Part shown: in pieces, positions 58,820-64,000 of the stretch
Numbering within the stretch: position 1 is the first letter of the stretch
Layout of the letters: each line of letters opens with the position of its first letter
Assembly: GCA_965223335.1 (NCBI GenBank)
Contig: OZ244991.1
Location: 2,208,001-2,272,000, forward strand
Length of the DNA: 64,000 nucleotides
Origin: Thermodesulfobacteriota bacterium
GTDB taxonomy: Bacteria; Desulfobacterota_D; UBA1144; Nemesobacterales; UBA2774
Reading direction: 5' to 3'
Program-made: the position numbers and the translations under genes
The notes under the pieces: model-generated
What the model was told of the DNA's origin: nothing
The model's input: the letters and a program-made list of their open reading frames with translations, nothing else
Database searches by the model: none

Positions 58820-61800
58820 TTACCAGTAATACAACTCATGTGTTATTGACACGTCATTCCAGGGCGCGCTCCCGTGATTGGTAACTTCATATCTAGCAGC
58901 TATATGTGTTGTAGAGTTAGCATCGATATACGATGATCCTATCACCCCTGTAGAATTCTTTATATTGTGCGATGCTCTTAGTGCCGGGTTCATTTTTCTA
59001 CCTTTGTTATGAACATTTGAAAAAGTGCTAGAGGCTTTCGCTCCTGCCGCTAAGTTGAAGTTTGCATATGTATGTAAACTTGTAAACACTACAATTCTCT
59101 TATTCTCGTCTACTTGACCATTTCCAATTACTGGGTTTGTAACAGATGAATTATTGTAATGTCCAGTCGACCATTTTTCATTCGATACCGTATTTGAATA
59201 AATAGAGAAAGAAGATTCCTGACCATATATGTTCACTGCTTTAACACGTGCCTTATAACTGATTGTTGATGTACCTGAGGCGTTCCAGTTAATCTCAGTA
59301 CCGGCATTCTCAACTGTATCTTGAACTGTTCCAGATGATGTAGCTATCTCCCAGTTGTAATGCGATATATTTTCACTAGATGGGTTTGGATCAACAGAGA
59401 ATCTCCACTGCCTTCCAAAACGAAATACAGCTGGTTTTGCGGGCGTCGATGGCGCTGTTGTTGCACCACCGGTGTAGTTACCGATGTCCACTACCCCTAG
59501 CCCCTTCAGGTTATGCTCATTACGACTCTCTACCAATACGTCATAGCTTGTGTTCGCCTCTAGCCCATTAACCGTAAAGCTGTTAAATCCCGACCCCACC
59601 GATCTATAAAAACTCTCGGCCTGTCCCGTCTCCTTTATCGAGACCACAGCATCCATATAGTTCCCATCGTTCGGGGTAGTCCATGTAATGTCGATGTACC
59701 CTATCTTGTCCCCGGTCAATGTGGTTTTTGTCCCAGCTGTGGCTACCAGGCTGCTCACCGGGTCCGGAGGTGTATTCACATAATCCGGCGGTATATCAAA
59801 CTCCTCATCCGTGGGCAGAGTGCTGCTGGCCTCGTACGAGTACGTGTTCCCATCATACGGAGCCAAGTCGAGTGTATTACTCCCAGCGGGGGTTACACTT
59901 GTGCCTGTAACCTCCCACAAGTGGCCCTCCACTCCCAGACTCGGAATATCCACCGTCACCAGGTCCCCGCGCCCGGCGGTCTTGCCGTCCTCACCTACCT
60001 CAAGCGACATGCGCAGCGCATAGCTCCCTATCCTCTTCCTTCGGTAATCAAGCAGCCTGTCCGCTGTGGTGTGCTCGTATACAAACGGCAGGTCGTGTGT
60101 CTCGTCCACCCCGTTCGGGTTTGCTTCGCGCTCTAGCTCTTGCAGATAAATATCACTCTCTTTGTAGTTCTTCCTATAGCGCACACGCAGGTTCTTTACC
60201 TTCTCGTCCGGGTGAATGTGCCTGATCTCCGGGCTCTCGGTCAGTATGTTGTTGTACCCCGTGTCATCTCCCAGTCCCAGCACCAAACCCGAGGTCTTGG
60301 ACTGGTCCACGTTCACCTCAATCGCATTACCCTTGGTAAGGGTCATATCCCGGAACCTCAGCAGTTCCTTTATGAAATCAATCGCTGTAGTGGTATCTAA
60401 TAACGCCCCTTCGCATTTCATAGACGTTATTTCCGATAATGCCGCTGCCGAGTCGAAACTAGCAGTGTCAACCGACACTCCCAGTCCCCAAACACTGTTG
60501 CTCAGCACACTCTGTACAGCTCTCACCACATTAGTCTCGTCCTGCAATCCATCCACGTCGGCATACAGGTTATCCAAACTCCCGCGTGCACCCATACGCT
60601 TTTTCAGGCGTATAAACGCTACTCCGTCATATGGACTAGACTGCGATCCGTCGTAAAATCGCCATTCCCTAAGCCTATAGTCCTCCGAGGTCGTGGGTGT
60701 TGTAGTCCACGCACTGTTCACAGTCACACGGTTTAGACTCTCGTCATAATCCGTAACGTCCCTGATTTCAATTAGTGCGCCCGTAGTCCCGTCCAATATC
60801 TCTATCCACCAGTACTTGTACCAGGCATCGGGCCTCCTATCCGCATTCTCAAGTGTCAAAGTGGTTGTGGTTGCCGACTGCACATCCCCCTCGATAGAGT
60901 CGAGTGCGATATCATTTCTATACACCGTGAATATTTCTTCAAAGTTATTGCCGTTTAGCCCCTCGCCTTCCCCCACCAGATAGTCATACTCCCTATTCGT
61001 CTCGTCAGCCTTTATATACAGGAGCGGCACTTTCACCGCACGCCCAAAGATAATCGGTAATGGATTACCTAGATCATCCGCCACGTCTACGTTGTCGAAA
61101 TTGGGATCAGCGGTCTTCTCGGCCTCTGCAATCATGTTGATCGTACGCCTCGGCAGGTCCTGCGTAAACGCAATCGCCTCTATATCCTCCACCGATGCCG
61201 TCACACGGTGGCTAAGCACCCAGTCCGTTATCTGCCCCTTAAACTCCTTATAGGCGTTGCCCCCGTCCGTAAACCACACGCGTATGAATGTGTCCTGGAA
61301 CTTAACACCGTTAAATAACCTGTCCGAGTTATCAAGGACTATGGATACACGCTGAAACCCTGTAATCCCCACACGCGCATCCAGCTCTGCTTCTTCGACT
61401 CTAGGCACTTCCAATAACCGCCGCTCAAAGAATTTCCCCTCAGGGAAACTCCCCGTAGGCATCGCAGTGTTCTTAGCCTCTACATATACAGCGGGAAAAT
61501 CATGATCCGCCTTCGCCTCCAAATGCTCGATGGACCATTTGAAGTCAAAATTAAAATCCGTATCTGCTGAGCCGTCGAAAGGTAGGTTTGTATTTCCTGT
61601 ATAGCTAAATAATCTTTTTATCTCGGCATTGCCATCAAAGGCAGTATTAGTATTACCGTTATACGTAATAGTCCCACCAGCAATTACAGTTGAGCCGTCA
61701 AAAGGGATATCCGTATTACCGCTATACTCTAATAATCTGAGTACATCGGCAGACCCATTAACAGGGTTATTTGTATTTCCTGAAAAATGCTGTACTGTGG

Positions 61801-62293
61801 AGTAATATATTGTGACCTTAACATAATCTACCCAGGCAATAAAACCACCGGTACTATATTTGGTTACCGCCAAACGGAATCCCAGGTTATTAACAACGTC
61901 ATTACGCGTCCAAGTCGTACCCCAAAGATCCGAAGAACCACCATATGTTACCGGAGTCCAAAATATTGGCCACCCCGATGCTGAGGCTTTGTTTTGCCCC
62001 ACAGGTGTCCCGTTTTTCAAAAGTTGGATAGTAGAATCTTTGCATCCATTAGATTGACTGTGTCGCGCACGCTCTACCTCTATCTCTAATCCAACTATGT
62101 TTGCATTTGTAGGTATACTTGAGAGGTCACCAAAGGCAGTTACATCTAGATAGTCTGAAACACTGGTTCCATCATTAGTATTTCGAGCTTCATTACCATC
62201 GTCGATAGTGACGTTCCCAGGATTTGTCCAATAATCTCCACCATTATCGGTATTTATTGCAGTCTGGGCAAATACAGTTATAGAATCAGGCAT
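58820..62293 (-). CDS. Large phage tail/host-specificity protein with fibronectin type III domains
   Basis: PPDPVSSL..GLEANTSYDVLVES and YKARVKAVN..G FN3 signatures; beta-rich; 1157 aa. Confidence 0.75.
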   Translation of the reverse strand: MPDSITVFAQTAINTDNGGDYWTNPGNVTIDDGNEARNTNDGTSVSDYLDVTAFGDLSSIPTNANIVGLEIEVERARHSQSNGCKDSTIQLLKNGTPVGQNKASASGWPIFWTPVTYGGSSDLWGTTWTRNDVVNNLGFRLAVTKYSTGGFIAWVDYVKVTIYYSTVQHFSGNTNNPVNGSADVLRLLEYSGNTDIPFDGSTVIAGGTITYNGNTNTAFDGNAEIKRLFSYTGNTNLPFDGSADTDFNFDFKWSIEHLEAKADHDFPAVYVEAKNTAMPTGSFPEGKFFERRLLEVPRVEEAELDARVGITGFQRVSIVLDNSDRLFNGVKFQDTFIRVWFTDGGNAYKEFKGQITDWVLSHRVTASVEDIEAIAFTQDLPRRTINMIAEAEKTADPNFDNVDVADDLGNPLPIIFGRAVKVPLLYIKADETNREYDYLVGEGEGLNGNNFEEIFTVYRNDIALDSIEGDVQSATTTTLTLENADRRPDAWYKYWWIEILDGTTGALIEIRDVTDYDESLNRVTVNSAWTTTPTTSEDYRLREWRFYDGSQSSPYDGVAFIRLKKRMGARGSLDNLYADVDGLQDETNVVRAVQSVLSNSVWGLGVSVDTASFDSAAALSEITSMKCEGALLDTTTAIDFIKELLRFRDMTLTKGNAIEVNVDQSKTSGLVLGLGDDTGYNNILTESPEIRHIHPDEKVKNLRVRYRKNYKESDIYLQELEREANPNGVDETHDLPFVYEHTTADRLLDYRRKRIGSYALRMSLEVGEDGKTAGRGDLVTVDIPSLGVEGHLWEVTGTSVTPAGSNTLDLAPYDGNTYSYEASSTLPTDEEFDIPPDYVNTPPDPVSSLVATAGTKTTLTGDKIGYIDITWTTPNDGNYMDAVVSIKETGQAESFYRSVGSGFNSFTVNGLEANTSYDVLVESRNEHNLKGLGVVDIGNYTGGATTAPSTPAKPAVFRFGRQWRFSVDPNPSSENISHYNWEIATSSGTVQDTVENAGTEINWNASGTSTISYKARVKAVNIYGQESSFSIYSNTVSNEKWSTGHYNNSSVTNPVIGNGQVDENKRIVVFTSLHTYANFNLAAGAKASSTFSNVHNKGRKMNPALRASHNIKNSTGVIGSSYIDANSTTHIAARYEVTNHGSAPWNDVSITHELYYW

Positions 62294-62296
62294 ACC

Positions 62297-63082
62297 TTAT
62301 AACCCCGTTACACTTAAAGCTTGATCCTGCACGTCGTATAGATCCCCGTTATCCACCGTCTTAGCCGAGTTCCATGTCCCGAATACCAGTAAATTCCCGC
62401 TAGTAGAAGCATCCCTAATCCCAAAATGGCTTATCGATCCCAGATTCGCAGAAGCCGTACCAAAATCTATCTTTCCATTATTGTCAGCAACTCCCCCACT
62501 CGCAGCATTCCACGTCACACTCTGCCGCGCATAACCCCCACCACTAACCTCTGTCCCTGTATCTGCAGCAGTCGGGTTAGTTGTATACATAGCTAGATAC
62601 GTAGTCCCCGGACTGTTAAAAGCAGTATTCTTAAGCATGTGATCTACGATCTTAGGCTTTAGGTAGTTCGAGAAGTTATCATTTGCTTGTATAGATAATT
62701 CCGTATCGAGTATTTTGGGCGCAGCTCCCACCACAAACAGCTTTGATGTCGTTACAGCTTTCCACCACAGCATATTTCCGGCAGTGGACGCATCCCAAAG
62801 CGCCACGTGTGTGACTGTCAAACTCGATCCCGTCACAGCATCCCATGTGATGTCACCGTTGTTCGTAGCATTGTACGGGCTTGAAGTGCTCGCAGTATTC
62901 CATCCTGTAGCCGGCTGTTTCCTTGCATACCATGTTGCATTTACTTCATTACTAGGCGATGCATCCTCATCTGGTGCTGCGGTGTGTAAACTAACAAATA
63001 TCGCAGGCGGTTGAGGCCACGAACCTGTACCCAGTATATGGTCAACTATCTCGTTCTCAGCATAGTCGCTCAGTTGTGACAA
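62297..63082 (-). CDS. Phage virion structural (tail-fibre-like) protein with a duplicated domain
   Basis: Two copies of S.Y....IVDH.L..EV....YAR....W..H..I/L.DAST.GN.L. Confidence 0.72.
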   Translation of the reverse strand: MSQLSDYAENEIVDHILGTGSWPQPPAIFVSLHTAAPDEDASPSNEVNATWYARKQPATGWNTASTSSPYNATNNGDITWDAVTGSSLTVTHVALWDASTAGNMLWWKAVTTSKLFVVGAAPKILDTELSIQANDNFSNYLKPKIVDHMLKNTAFNSPGTTYLAMYTTNPTAADTGTEVSGGGYARQSVTWNAASGGVADNNGKIDFGTASANLGSISHFGIRDASTSGNLLVFGTWNSAKTVDNGDLYDVQDQALSVTGL

Positions 63083-63132
63083 TTTCCCTCACCTCCAAAA
63101 TTTCACTATGTATTGGATTTAAATCAGATATA

Positions 63133-63159
63133 AAGAAAGGAAGCGAATGCTTCCTTTTT
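63133..63159. terminator. Bidirectional terminator-like hairpin between the moron and the tail genes
   Basis: AAAGGAAGC-GAAT-GCTTCCTTT with A/T tracts on both sides. Confidence 0.65.
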
Positions 63160-63198
63160 GTTAACTAGTTCTTAATAACAAACGGTTATATGATGTGA

Positions 63199-63579
63199 TT
63201 ATGTTTGCGGTTGGTTTCGGCTCATCCTTCCAACTAGAAGGCGTGCTGTCTTTAACGAATTTTCAGCGTCTTTCTTTGTAAAATTTTCATTTAAATCATA
63301 GTCAGCTTTGTTTCTAAGATTCTTAAAAGATTTCAATCTTTGTGCAATATCAGGTTGATTTATTACATCAAAAAATTCTTTCAAATTTCTATGTGCCTGT
63401 TCATCATGTCCAAATAACTTATTTGCTCTTTTGTCATTTTTGAATCGCTCTCTCCCAAAATGAAAAGCATAATAATAAGCTCTACTTATACAGTTTCTAA
63501 TTTCTATACAATCGTCATCACTATGGAGGTTATTATTTAAATTTTCAGCAAAATTTAAGAATGCTTCTAGTTTAATCAT
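63199..63579 (-). CDS. HEPN domain protein
   Basis: ISRAYYYAFH, H and RNKADY motifs. Confidence 0.85.
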   Translation of the reverse strand: MIKLEAFLNFAENLNNNLHSDDDCIEIRNCISRAYYYAFHFGRERFKNDKRANKLFGHDEQAHRNLKEFFDVINQPDIAQRLKSFKNLRNKADYDLNENFTKKDAENSLKTARLLVGRMSRNQPQT

Positions 63580-63584
63580 AGAGA

Positions 63585-63905
63585 CTAACTAACTTCAATA
63601 CTTATTTTCCTATATGCTTCCTTTTCGGTATTAGTTTCCTGCATATCAACTCTCTTTATATATTTTCTATAGGATTCATCTAAAATATTGATAAGATTGT
63701 CCCATAATTCTTGTTTTGTATCAAAATCATCAAATCCTGGTTTTATTTCAATTGTAAATTGTCTCCAAGAGCTATCTTCAATATCTTGCCATACGTACAG
63801 ACTAAGATCATAAGCATCTTGATAGTTTTGTTCCATGTATTTAATTAGATTAAAGAGAGCAAGATCGAAAATTGCTTTAGTTAGTACGTTCTCTGGTTTA
63901 TCCAA
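63585..63905 (-). CDS. Acidic hypothetical protein, probable HEPN partner
   Basis: AT-rich, 5 bp upstream of the HEPN gene; start uncertain. Confidence 0.55.
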   Translation of the reverse strand: MDKPENVLTKAIFDLALFNLIKYMEQNYQDAYDLSLYVWQDIEDSSWRQFTIEIKPGFDDFDTKQELWDNLINILDESYRKYIKRVDMQETNTEKEAYRKISIEVS

Positions 63906-64000
63906 TTCAAATAAGAATTCATAATTATCACAATAATCGATTAATAGAACATTCTGAGTTGATGAATAGGTCGATATTGATGATACAAAGTTCTCAGGAC

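Larger units (their letters stand above)
55458..64000 (-). mobile_element. Prophage late region (tail, lysis, moron); continues beyond the window
   Basis: Co-directional, tightly packed minus-strand genes including GH19 endolysin, spanin-like pair, holin-like and tail-like proteins; no att site identified. Confidence 0.85.

Noticed and set aside
58820..59400. Diversity-generating retroelement target in the tail-protein C-terminus
   Set aside because: No template repeat or reverse transcriptase seen in the window

Overview
64-kb bacterial chromosomal window; the gene content (futalosine menaquinone pathway, split transketolase, spanins, lipoproteins) suggests a diderm, possibly Desulfobacterota/Dadabacteria-like organism (inference only). 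Bases 1-19.3 kb are mostly housekeeping (tkt N/C, mqnP-ubiX-ubiD-mqnE, mgtE, recO-argJ, pyrD-ychF). Bases 19.4-55.4 kb are accessory (glycosyltransferases, cyclase-STAND-TPR protein, AlbA_2 protein, desaturase, surface protein, HigBA, hybrid kinase, stress/detox genes, SigZ). Bases 55.5-64 kb are the late region of a prophage (lysis cassette, tail proteins, HEPN moron). The most striking feature is non-coding: nine intergenic loci between 4.0 and 43.2 kb (about 4.3 kb in total) carry a mosaic repeat family, always in the same orientation. It is built from reshuffled modules: short variable hairpins, a tandem G.A stem-loop, a covarying H-type pseudoknot and a ~125-nt rod with extensive compensatory base changes; chimeric, nested and tandemly amplified copies occur. 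Also found outside the ORF track: a 30-aa, 11-Cys metallothionein-like peptide in front of sigZ, a 30-aa membrane peptide, a stand-alone structured sRNA candidate with a near-consensus promoter, and a structured leader plus terminator in front of the phage endolysin.
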